Assembly: GCA_013239625.1 (NCBI GenBank) | Contig: MU053754.1 | Span: 555,379-619,378 of the forward strand | Length of the DNA stretch: 64,000 nucleotides | Direction: 5' to 3' | From: Lama guanicoe | Lineage: Eukaryota | Shown: positions 12,956 to 23,948 of the stretch, piece by piece | How positions within the stretch are numbered: the first letter of the stretch is position 1 | How the letters are laid out: the number at the start of each line of letters is the position of its first letter | Position numbers and translations under genes: made by a program | Notes under the pieces: model-generated | What the model was told of the DNA's origin: nothing | Databases searched by the model: none | What the model saw: the letters and a program-made list of their open reading frames with translations, nothing else

Positions 12956-13203
12956 GACCTTTTATATAGCTAAAGAAAATTACACAGCTTTTGTTTTCTG
13001 CCGTAAGTTTAGGGTCACATTAGTAATCAAAGTAATAAAACAGACAATTGCCCGAGGCCCCCCTTTTCCCACATTTCTGACATTCCCATCCGTCCTCTGG
13101 CGCTCTGTGTCAGGAATGATCCAGCTTCTTCCAGCTATTCTTCCTTCCTGCTTCCAGCTCCAGCCTCTGTCCCAGCTTCTGCTAGCTGATGTAGCCCCCC
13201 AAC

Positions 13204-13745
13204 TGTGGGAACAAAGGGACGAGCCTTGGGCCAGAATGGTAAACAAGTCATAAAAAGCTGTAGACTCAGAGGTGAGAAGGCTGGTTAGCCAAGGACGGGT
13301 AAGGTCCCCAGAGGGGGGAACCTGAGACAGGCACAGCCGCCTGAGTCCAGGAACAATGCTGTGAAGCAGCCGTTTCTCATACGTTCCGCCCCGATAAGCT
13401 GTGAGGCTCGCTGGTGCCAACACGAACATGATTTACCAACATAAAGGGTCTTCTGACCTTGAGCCAGACGCTGCCTGTAACCATTTCCTTTGTCATTCTT
13501 CTTTGCTATGTAAGACTGCAACTTAATAAAGCTTCAGAGTAGCCATCCGCTCTCTCCNNNNNNNNNNNNNNNNNNNNNNNNNNNNNNNNNNNNNNNNNNN
13601 NNNNNNNNNNNNNNNNNNNNNNNNNNNNNNNNNTGTAACCATTTGTCATTCTTCTTTGCTATGTAAGACTGCAACTTAATAAAGCTTCAGAGTAGCCATC
13701 CGCTCTCTCCGCATACGGTGCGTATGTGTACATGGTATCGCGAGA
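13204..13745 (+). mobile_element. Probable young ERV solo LTR spanning the assembly gap
   Basis: Starts TG, contains AATAAA (13525 and 13678), retains CpGs, candidate 5-bp TSD CCAAC (13199-13203 / 13746-13750); the end reads GA rather than CA. Confidence 0.55.
13558..13633. other. Assembly gap (76 N) with duplicated flanks
   Basis: Run of N; 13476-13557 is repeated at 13634-13710. Confidence 0.98.
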
Positions 13746-14432
13746 CCAACGGCTGAAGCTTCCCCTGGGCGTGCCAGAGTTGGGGGGAGCAGTGCTCTGA
13801 CTGCTCCAGCCCTCCCCCCAGCACAGCTCATTCATTCCCCTCCACACGGTGTTCACTGTGAGTGACTGCACCCAGGGCATCTCCAGAAAGAGGCTCACTG
13901 TCAGATGTTTGAGGGCTGGCCGTGTGTCTCACACTTCAGTGCATCCTCGTAGCTTATCTGTGATGGTACTTTGAATCTAGTGGATGGTCAGAGAATAGGC
14001 AGTAATTCATTGGATCTGTGAAGTAACACAGCTAAGCTGTGGATACCAGAGGAAACTTCATCGCATCTCTATCCTACCAAAGACTCTAATTGTGGACACC
14101 ATCTTGGGTTTTTGCCTGCAGTTTTGGCCTTTTTACAGTTATACTGCATACCTTTTGACCAATATAGCCCCTGAAAAAGCCCGTCAAGGCACGTGCAATC
14201 AAAGTTTCCGTATTTTTAGGCACACAGGTGCCTAAATACATTGTGGACGTTCTTAGGATGTTGTAACTAAATTTAACAGGAGAAAAATCTTAAAGGCAAA
14301 CACTTCACTCATTTTGAGAAAAGTGGAACTGTTTTGAGGATCGATTGGTCTGATCAATAAGCACAGAAGAGAGTGGAGAAAGCAACTCCTTGTAGAAAGT
14401 CATAGTGATAGGTGTAGCATCACCAGTGTTAC

Positions 14433-14635
14433 TTTTTTTTTTTTTTACTGAATTGTAGTTGATTTACAATGTCAGTTTCAGGTGTACAGCAAAGTGATTC
14501 CATTATACATAAACATACTTGTATGTTTTCTTTTCAGATTCTTTTCCATCATGTTATTACAAGAAATTGAATCTAGTTCCCTATGCTGTACAGTAGGTCC
14601 TTGCTGTTTATCTATTTTATACATAGAAATGTGTG
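14433..14635 (-). mobile_element. L1 3' end fragment
   Basis: Poly-T then gaattgtagttgatttacaatg..ttcaggtgtacagcaaagtgattc..gttccctatgctgtacagtaggtccttgctgtttatctattttat. Confidence 0.85.
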
Positions 14636-15589
14636 TCTTAAACAACATAATTAATCTAACTTTTAAAAAAAGATTAGCACCCAGCTTTGTGCAGAAATTT
14701 TCCCTTTGTCTTCTCATGTGATGTCCATAAACATTATGTAAAGTATGAGTACATAAAATAATTATATGCATGCTGCAGCTGATAAAATGTCCCTGAGAGA
14801 GCGTTGCCTTGCAGAAGGCCACGCCTTTAATAAGTGATGGAACCATGATTGCCACCGAGGCTTTTGAACGCAAATTCAGCGCGTATTCTGTTTCACCCTG
14901 GCTCCCAAATTCTAAACCCACAGAATCTTCCCAAATCTGTGGATGTCCTTTAGGGAGGTCATCGACAGCTGAAAACTGTATGTGCGTGTCCAAAATTACA
15001 TTTTTCTCAGGGAAAGCACCTCGATATTTCAAGTTTCTCAAAGGTTTTATGACCCTTACAAGCCATCAGAGAGAAAAAGCACAGGAAATGGAAACTATAA
15101 AACTTAGAGGCAGGTTCTCATCTTTTTTTTTTTTTTGTCTAAAAATGTGCACATCACTCTCACAGAATGGACCTTCAGAAAAACTCTTTTTCACACTAGT
15201 GGTGTGTTGATTTTTTTAATGCTAGCAGTGGAGATTTTGGTGATTAATGGTGATAATACTTCTTTGGTTACTTATGACTGATGTATGTATAGATCATATA
15301 GTATTCCCAGTAGTCAGGTTATTAGATTATTAGATAACAATGTGTCCTGATGAAGATCACTGATGACAGTCATTTCTTTCTCTCCAAACACCAACCTCTC
15401 AATATAAGAAAGCATCTCTGAGCCACGATTATGGACTTAGGTATGTCTTTTATTCAGTAGACATGGCATTGTGCTGTGTTCTTTTTTTTTATTGCCTCAT
15501 TTACACATCTTTGTTGGAAAGTGAGATTTTTCTGGTTAAGCTGATATTCAAGGTAACTGACATGTGGTCCATCAAAGTCATTTTTTTTG

Positions 15590-15740
15590 TGTATGTATTT
15601 TTTTTTTGAAGTATAGTCAGCTCACTATGTTGTGTCAATTTCTGGTGCCCAGCACGATGCCCCAGTCACTCATGAACACACATACATGCGCCTTCGCACT
15701 CCTCACCGCGAGTTTCTACAAGATGCTGAATATAGTTCTG
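15590..15740 (-). mobile_element. L1 3' end fragment, GC-enriched copy
   Basis: Aligns by eye to the L1 ends at 47626, 50405 and 59612. Confidence 0.8.
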
Positions 15741-15798
15741 CTTCCGCTGTGTTCTGAAGAAACTGCACCCACTGTCCTCAGAGACAATCCTTTACAAA

Positions 15799-15826
15799 GT
15801 GCGCCCCCTGGTGTTGGGCACTGCAG
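15799..15826 (-). promoter_or_regulatory. Strong CTCF motif (core plus upstream module)
   Basis: Minus strand reads CTGCAGTGCCCAACACCAGGGGGCGCAC: core CACCAGGGGGCGC with TGCAGTGCC upstream at the usual spacing. Confidence 0.7.
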
Positions 15827-16669
15827 AATCGCACAGCTTCCTGCAGTGCCCTGATTCCAAGAGCAAAAATGGAAAAACAACATCAGGGCAGGAGTCCGAG
15901 AACAGACAAACTCAGGAATAAGAAGCTAAAAACTGACCGCGTACCAGTTAGAAATCGGACGATACGCAGGTGTCAGGGGACAAGATAACTAATGAGTGAG
16001 AAATGAGGCAGCAGTCAGGCTGCGTGTGAAAATGGGGTGCTGTTCTTCAGTGTGTGGTATCCACATTTAAAGGTAGGATGTGGTACTGTGTCTCCGGTGA
16101 GATGATTACATGAGTCCTGGAGCCAGAGGGTAAGAGCAGGAAGGTCCCCAGTCTTCACCACTCCCACTGACCGGCCGGGGCCCTTTGTGTTTCCTGTCTC
16201 TGGAGCTCTCAGCCTTGCAGGATTACTAGTGCTGCTCCCTGGAGGCAGCACACATTTGCCAGGAGGCAAGAAAGAATCCAGTGAAACTATAAGCTACAGC
16301 TGCTGCCTTGGCACCCCAGGCAAGAAAAGAGGGCGTCACCATTATGACCCTCATATTGAGAAGAGATAAGAAAGCTCTTATTAACCCAGTGAGGGAGGGA
16401 GAAAGAGGTGTGTCATGCAAGTGACTTATTTTCACCAAAAAAGGTGCAAGAAGGCTGCCTGGGCTCCAGCCCCTCTGGGACCAGGACTTCTGTTCCTCTG
16501 TCAAGGAAGCCAACAGCCCAACAGAGATGGCAGCGAGCGATCATTGGGGTACCTAGCAGAAGGTGCAGAACTTGGGGCCATGGTCTGTCCTGTGACCTCT
16601 CTGTGCTCAGCTTCCCTGGGAGGAGAAGCTGGGATCTAGAAGAGACGGACGTGCCCCCGGACAAGGATG

Positions 16670-17552
16670 GGTAACAGAGGAGACAGGAGGATCCGTGACC
16701 TGCCGCCCACACCCCTTCAGGAAGGCCTTGCAGCCCAGTTTGGGTGGGGGGGTTGGGGGCGGTGAGAAGGCAGCTCCCTTAGACTTGTTTCAGCTGCAGA
16801 GTGTCCCTTTGCTCGAGGGCATGTCTCTCCGGAGCTGACTCACACCCAAAGAGTGCTTGAGCTAGGAGCAGAGAACCCAGTCATTCCAGTCCGACCCAGG
16901 ACAGCTCTAAGGGGGCACATCTGCACCTGAGCTCCTGCGGGCTCGGCCAGAGCTTTGTCGGGGCTGCACTGCAGGTCAGCCCTTCTCCACCACCTCCTGT
17001 TTCCTCCCCTCCTTTCCTCCTGTGTTGATCCATAATTAATGCTGCGACTGAAAACGAATGTTGCTCACTACCTGGGTCTACAGGGATGAAGTCGTTACGC
17101 TGCAGTCGTAGACAGTGCGCCTTGAAAGGGGCTCAGGATGAAAAGTAGGACGAGGAGCTCAGTGCTGTGGGTAAACCAGCCCTTCAAGCAGTTAGAGATT
17201 TTTCAGGGAAAAAATTAAGAACCTGGATTCTTGCACCTCTCCATATGTAGAAAAGCATGAAAATCATTAACAGAGATACCTGTTCCTAACGACTAGCAGT
17301 CACCTTCTACCGAGTTGTATGCTTGACTGCACGTATTTAGCCAAAACCATAAATACACTGTTCTCTCCTCCTCCCTCTTCGGAGTCCCCTCAGGGCTACT
17401 GAGAGGCTGCTTTCAGGCTGTAGTCCTCAGTAAGGTCCCCGAGTTAAACTGAAATTCACAGCTTTCACGTTGTGCCTTTCAAAAAATTTCCGATGACGAT
17501 GCCGCCTTCCAGGACCCATCTCAGTATCTGCTTCCAGAGAGCCCAGTCTGCA
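16670..17552 (+). mobile_element. ERVL LTR16-like solo LTR interrupted by a younger LTR
   Basis: cctgtttcctcc..tgtgttgatcc before, and ccatctcagtatctgcttccagagagccca after, the 17043-17498 insert resemble the LTR16A 3' part. Confidence 0.5.
17043..17498 (+). mobile_element. ERV1-type solo LTR
   Basis: TG..CG ends, 4-bp TSD ATGC (17039-17042 / 17499-17502); homologous in inverted orientation to 25689-26148 (gagaggctg..tcaggctgtagtcctca..ttcacagct.tcac). Confidence 0.8.
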
Positions 17553-18173
17553 GCTCATGTACTCTCAAAAGATCATTTCTGAGGAGAAATATTTCAGGTG
17601 ATTAGCTACTTTGAAAAAAAAAGTTGTCAATTTGTTTTCTTACTCCACACCCCTTTCAGAGTTTAACTACACTTGCTCAGAATTAGACTAGATTTGTGGA
17701 ATTATTTTATCTACTGTAAACGGAAAGTACGATAGTTCATTGGCAAACTTTAGATAGAGTGTTATTTTAAAGCAAGGACAGATCTGCAAGAAAGACCTTT
17801 TATTTTAATTAGTTCTCTGACTGTGGGATTCGTTTCCCCACTGCAGTGAAGAGAAATGACATGTACCGGTGAACTTTGGTGTGTATTTTTTATTGCTTAA
17901 AAGGGGATTCGTGTCTATTTATTATATATGGTTGGCAAACAGCTTCCCTTTGTGGCAGTTTTTATAATGTGGTTTAATATTTTCTTAGGAAACTAAAAGA
18001 TTTATTTTTTGCACATTGTATGTGATCTGAATTAGTGCTGCAAGCATAGTAGCATTTTCAATATGAAATATCCTAACAGACTTCTCACCTCTCTGTTACT
18101 TTACTTAACCAAACCAAACACAAAAAATTGCAATTGCTGAAAACCTTTACTCTGAAATAAAGAACATTAGTTC

Positions 18174-18191
18174 TTCCTGCAGGGGGCACTG
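18174..18191 (+). promoter_or_regulatory. Candidate CTCF core motif
   Basis: TTCCTGCAGGGGGCACTG is close to the consensus CCASYAGRKGGCRS. Confidence 0.5.
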
Positions 18192-19289
18192 TCCTACAAT
18201 ATAAAAGAGTGATCCGTGCACTGGTACCCTTGATTTTGCCCTGCCCTCCCGTTTTAAGTTTAATACTAGGCTTCTTGACTTAATGTTTAAAAAAATGTAT
18301 TTTCCGTGGTGTGGTAATATACTAGCAGCTGATCTTGGTCCTTTATCAGATACGTATGTATACAGTTGGAACTTTTACTATTGAAAATCAGATTGTTATT
18401 TTTAAATAGACTTAGAAAATTAATAGCCCAAAGTTCTGTTGAGTCATCCTGAATGTAGGTCAATGGCCGATCTCTAGGTGAAGACTCAGGGAATGGTGCC
18501 TTGATCCTTGTGTGGTTCTGAGGGCATCAGGCCAGCCCCCTTTGCCCAGGCATTAGGACTGAAAGAGTAAATGTTTTGGCAAATGGTTCACTCTGTACAC
18601 CTCCCAGGATTTAGGAACTTAATCCTACGCCTGAAACCTTGGAGTCTTTCCCCTTGGAAAGACTAAAGTTGGAATATTGTTACCAACTTGAATTTCCACT
18701 TCAAGAGAAAAAAGAATGCTTGGCCGTTTTCAGGCTCCAGAGCTGGGATTCAAATGCAAATTTGGCTTCGCCTGCCCGACCGCAGGGGAGGGCTGAACAG
18801 TTAGCATTCTGAGGTTCCAAGATCTGGGTGGAGGCCCTCATTTTGTCTCCTTTCTTTTAAACCCTTCCTCAATATAGAGCGCCCTCTCTCCGCGCAAGGG
18901 CGCTTCATGTACACGCTCAACAAAGCAGCCCGGGAGTCAGGCATCTGGTGACTTGGGTACGGGGTGTTACCTTTTCGCATCTATGTCAGCCCACGACCTC
19001 ATTTCTTCCCCTCCGCCCTCTTCTCCTCCACGCGCCCCCCCCCCGCTCCGTGGGGCCCCTAAGACCCTGTGTTGGGTTGCCTGCTCTGTTTAGGAAGTCT
19101 GCCTGCTAACCTCAGTCAGGACGCATCACCCCAGGACTTCAAGTGTCTACGCTGTTTTTGCATTTTACTGTCTGTCCTAACCCTCTTCTGCAATTTCATT
19201 TGAAGATACGGGTTCTGTGAATTTAATATATAGCACACCCACTGAGTCTTGTTAAGACCAGATCTTTAACGGGTGCTTCTGACTTGGTT

Positions 19290-19435
19290 TGCTCTTTTTT
19301 CCCAGTATTTTTGAGGTACAGTTGACAAGTAAAATTTTAAGATACTGAAAGGGTGCAAGGTGCTGATCTGATGTACGAATCCATTGTAAAAGGATCCCCC
19401 ATAGAGGTAACCAACACATCCGTTACCTCACGTGC
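19290..19435 (-). mobile_element. Old L1 (L1MA/L1MB-like) 3' end
   Basis: ttttgaggtacagttgacaagtaaaattttaagata..aacacatccgttacctcac. Confidence 0.6.
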
Positions 19436-19826
19436 TTCCCTTGTTGGAAGTGAGCCTGTGTTCAGGGTTGGAAAGGAAATGGAACCTCACAAGTTAGGCA
19501 TTTCCGTAATTATTTTCCTCCAGGATAGCAGGTGGGAGAAGGCACATACTAAGGAAATCCGAAAGGCCAGAGCTTGTGTGATAGCTGGGAAGGCACTTCT
19601 CCAAGCATGGCGTGCAGACGCTTGAGGTGCACTGGGCTGAGCTTTCAGTGTGGCCCCCGCTGCTCCCTCTCGGTTGCATGGACGTTGGGCAGTTTGGAGT
19701 CAAGGGGCTTCTTCCCCTTTCCCCAGGGTGTACGTGTGGTGGTGGAGGGGGAGTGCTGCACACACACTCAGCTCCTCGTGACAGGAGGGGCTGTAAGTAC
19801 CCAGTGGGACCCAGAGTGCCCGGGTT

Positions 19827-19894
19827 CCCAGCAGCTGTAAGTGGCTGGTGCCCAGTTCTGCCCAGCAGCTGTAAGTATCTGGTGCCCAGTTCTG
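19827..19894. repeat. 34-bp tandem duplication
   Basis: cccagcagctgtaagt(gg/at)ctggtgcccagttctg twice, 2 mismatches. Confidence 0.9.
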
Positions 19895-20374
19895 CCTGCC
19901 AGGCAGCCAGGAAGTCTGCCTGTTACTTCACTGCTTGTGCTACAAACAGAGGAGAGCAGTGTAGCCTAGACCCACACTGTGTGTCCAACTATCGAGTGGA
20001 CGGAAGCAATGGCTTCTCTTCTCTCACTGCCCTTGGTTTTGGACTTTTCCACATTCTCCACTGAATCCCTTTCCTTAACCCATGCTGTGGCATAGTGGGC
20101 ATTCTCATAAATGCTGGTGCATGATTCAGTTGATCTGGGTGGACCTCAGTGACTGGCACTTTTGCCCAGCTTCCGAGGGAGGCTGTTGCTGCTATTTGAA
20201 GATTAAATTCAGAAAACCTCCAGTTTAAGTCCTAGATTCTAAGAGAAAAATGGTACTAACTTGGTCAGGAAGTTTTAGGAAGCTAAAACAAATTTCTCTG
20301 GAGGCTACGTTCCTAAAATAAAAGAGAGGAAATAAAAATGAAAGTAAAATTCCTAAGAAATGTGCTTCTGATAT

Positions 20375-20940
20375 TGCTACCAAATGCAAGTTTGTGTGCC
20401 CGACACACAGTAAGGCCAAACAAACCAAAACATCGGAGGTTAGAGCAGAGAAAGGTTTACTGCAGGGCCAAGCACGGAGAACAGGCAGCTCATGCCCAAA
20501 AATCCTGAGCTCTCAGATGATTTCCTGGGAGACGTTTTCATAGGCAAAATTTGGGGTGAGAGCTGCACGATATGTGACTTTCTCTGACTGGTTTGTGGGG
20601 AGGTACCAGGGCAGTGGTCCAGGAATCTTGGGCTAAGCCTGAAGTTAACCATCCTCCACTAGGGTAGGAGTCTTGGTTCCAGTGGAAGAACTCAAAGATA
20701 TGGTTATGTGCATTCCTTAGGTAGGAACCAGGACCCTGCCTCAAGGCTGCACCATTGTTTCTTGATTGCTCCTCCTTTGTTTCTGCACCCCCTCCCTTCC
20801 CTGATTAGTAGCTGTTTGAATCTGCCCTTTGGGACTCAGGGTAGGTCTAGGGGCTGACACCTTTTTCCTGCAAACAAGAAACTGAGGACATGGAAAGGCT
20901 TTGTACCCAGGAGGGCGCCACAGGGTCCTGCTCATTTTCA
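20375..20940 (-). mobile_element. ERV1-type solo LTR, 566 bp
   Basis: TG..CA termini with perfect 4-bp TSD ATAT (20371-20374 / 20941-20944); strand inferred from a polyA-signal-like motif near 20457. Confidence 0.8.
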
Positions 20941-21341
20941 ATATCCTCATCAATATATCTGAAAAATGGGAGGAGAGAGACATTAAGAAGGGGTGAGTGA
21001 AAGAAAGAATGACGTAGACAACGTGAATGGGGAAACTGGGACACTCTGATGCCATAGTCACTGCAGCTGAGTGTTTCTGAGTACGCGTGGCATAACCCAG
21101 GAACAAAGTAGTATTTAGTAGACTTCCAAATATTTCATATACTAGGAATGTGTCAGTGTTGCAGAACCACAGTTTAAAGACTCAGGTTGTTTAACTGAAC
21201 ACACTAAGCTGTCTCTCTCCAGTAAATAAGGATCTGAAGGCTAATGTGGATGCCAGAGATGGTGAGCATAATTCGTATAGGTAATTCCCTTTCCTTGTGC
21301 TCTCATTTATGAGGCTTGGTATGCGTGACATTTAAACACAT

Positions 21342-21881
21342 TTTTGCAGGAAAATGGGGTGTGAGATGATGGTCGTGTCCCATATCTTGGGTGAGTCCCT
21401 GGAATGTGCCTTGTCAAGTGAGGGTCCTTGGCTCCGTGCAGGAAAGAATTCAAGGGCAAGCCATAGTAAAGTGAAAGCAAGTTTATTTAGAGAGAGACAC
21501 ACTCCAAAGAATGGGTTCTTCTCAGAAGGGAGGGTGGCCCCGGAGTGCGGAGATGGTTTATATGGGCAGAGTGGTTTCATAGGCTAACAAATGGGAGGAT
21601 TTTTCCAGCTATTTTGGGGAGAGGGCAAGGATTCCCAGGAATCGGGCCACTGCCCACTTTCTGGCCTTTATTAGTCAGCCTCAGAACTGTTACGATGCCT
21701 GTGGGTATGTCATTTAGCAGCTAAAGTTTTACAGTGAGCGTATAATGAGGCTCAAAGTCTACTGGAAGTCAGATCTTCCACCGTCTGGGGCCTGGTTGGT
21801 TCTAACCAGTTTGTGTCCTATCCTCAATGGCTGTGTTATTCTTCTAATCATTGCGACCTGCCCCCTTCCCTCCTGTCTTCA
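21342..21881 (-). mobile_element. ERV1-type solo LTR, same family as 7733-8530
   Basis: 4-bp TSD ACAT (21338-21341 / 21882-21885), CA end, minus-strand AATAAA at 21482. Confidence 0.8.
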
Positions 21882-22064
21882 ACATGGCTAGTGACATAGG
21901 AAGGAGTCTTTGGTAGCCATTTTGCCATGTCTATTCCTACTCGTGTTTGACTTCAGCAACATTCAGTGACAAGATATTTGCTGAATAAATGAACCAATGG
22001 ATAAACAGAGTACATTGTGTAATTTACAAAAATTTTAGGAGAGAAGAAAAATAGTACCTGACTC

Positions 22065-22535
22065 TTTTCTTAAATAGCCTTATTTAGATGCATTTCATGT
22101 ACCATAAAATTCACCCAGTTGAAGTGCACAATTCAGTGTTTTATTAATATAGTCATAGATACGTGCCACCATTACCTGCAGTCAATTTTAATGTAGTTTT
22201 ATCACCTCAGAGAAAAATCTCGTATCCTTTAGCTGTCACTCCCAGTGCCTCCTGCCCCCAGTTAGCCTTAAGCAACCACTAATCTGCTTTCTGTTTCTGT
22301 TGATGTCCCCATTCTGTACATTTCATATGAATGGAGCCATACATGTGCCCTTTTTGCATCTGGCGTCTTTCACTTAACGTAATGTTTTCAAGGTTCATCC
22401 ATGTTACAGAATATATTAGAAGTCCATTCTTTTTTATGGCTGAAAAATACTCGTTGTGTTGGATATATCACATTTTGTTTATCTTTCATCAGTTGATGGG
22501 CATTTGGGTTGATTTTTCCTGTTGACCATTATGAA
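22065..22535 (-). mobile_element. L1MB-like 3' UTR fragment
   Basis: accataaaattcaccc..gcaaccactaatctgctttctgtttct..ttttcaaggttcatccatgtt..ttgatgggcatttgggtt. Confidence 0.85.
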
Positions 22536-22733
22536 GTACCCACCTCATTCAGTAGTAAGTAAGATATTCTTATGGGCGTAACCTTAAGTGAACACATTTC
22601 ATTATTAGTTTCTCAGTTTTACGGTATGGATAATTTAAACTTTTTCTTTTTCTTTTTCTTTTTTTTTTTTCCTGGAGCAGTATGGCTTCATTGGGGTTGA
22701 GTTGGTACCGATTCAAAGTATATATATATCCTT

Positions 22734-22793
22734 ACACAACATTATAAATTGACTGTAACTCAATATAAAAAATCTAGTTAATACATTTTTAAA
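22734..22793 (+). mobile_element. Mini L1 3' tail
   Basis: acacaacattataaattgactgtaactcaat plus A-rich tail, flanked by tatatatcctt on both sides (22723-22733 / 22802-22812). Confidence 0.65.
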
Positions 22794-22849
22794 AAAGCAA
22801 CTATATATCCTTCTTTTTGAAACAATAATTTGTAAATATATGTATATAA

Positions 22850-23425
22850 TTTTGAGACGAACTGTTACACATGTATTACTTTGAAACAATCACCAACTTA
22901 TAGAAAAGTTACAAGTAGAGTACAAAGAACTTTCCTTTTTCCTGAAACATTTGGAGGTAAATTACCCATGTGATGCCTCAGAGCCTAAATAGTACGGTGT
23001 GCATGTCTGTTTGTATGTAGACTCAGTACAGGCATCCAAATCAGGGAATTAACATGGTTATATTACTACCTCCTCCTCATCAGACCCCACCGAAGCTTCA
23101 CCAGTTGTCCTAATAATGTCCTTTGTAGCAAGTGGAGCCAGTTAGAATTAGGTACTGCCAAGAGTAGTTGCCTTTGATCTGCTTCCTCATCTTTCTGTGA
23201 CTTCCTTGATCTTGGTGCAGTTGAAGTTTATGAGCCAGCCCTTTCATGGAATGCCCCCTCCATTGGGGTTTATCTGATATCTCCTCATGATTCTGTCTAG
23301 GCTGCACATCTTTGTCAGGGTAGCGCAGAAGTGATACTCTGTTCTTTTCATCGCGTTCTATCATAGGGCATACTGTTTTGATCAGTCTCATTGCTTCTGC
23401 TGGTTGGATTAAGGTGGTCCTCAGT
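22850..23425 (-). mobile_element. L1MC-like 3' UTR fragment
   Basis: ttatagaaaagttacaagtagagtacaaagaac..ttcaccagttgtcctaataatgtcctttgtagc. Confidence 0.65.
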
Positions 23426-23948
23426 TTTAACACTCTTATTTTAAATAAAGTGAGATCTTGACTTGATGCTAGTCAAGCAACCAAGATTAGAGTCTATAAT
23501 AAAAAATAGTTCTATGAAAGTTTTAGAGGTGAAAAATATCAATTTCTTCATTTGACAAATGCCCCTAATGTCTAGATTGCAGGATGAACACTTAACTTAT
23601 TTGTCTGGTAGATTTCAACTTTAATTTTGAAATCCATGTGGCATTTTAAAAGGAATTGAACAGAAGTTGAATATTTATGATTTAATTTCACTTAACGTTT
23701 CAGTCTTTTTTTACTGAGATGCCTTTGAAGTAAGAACTTATGAAGTGTTTCTTCAGGAATACAGGAAAGCACATTTTGGGAAAAAAAGTATAAAGAATTT
23801 TACTTTCCAGAAGACTATCTCCTGTCTTTATCTAATTTATTCATATTTATGTGGAAAACCTCAGAATAAGTAACATTTAATTTAAGGAATATATTTTCTC
23901 ATGTTTTAGACTTATTTTATTGAGAAACGATAAACACTCAACATAAAC

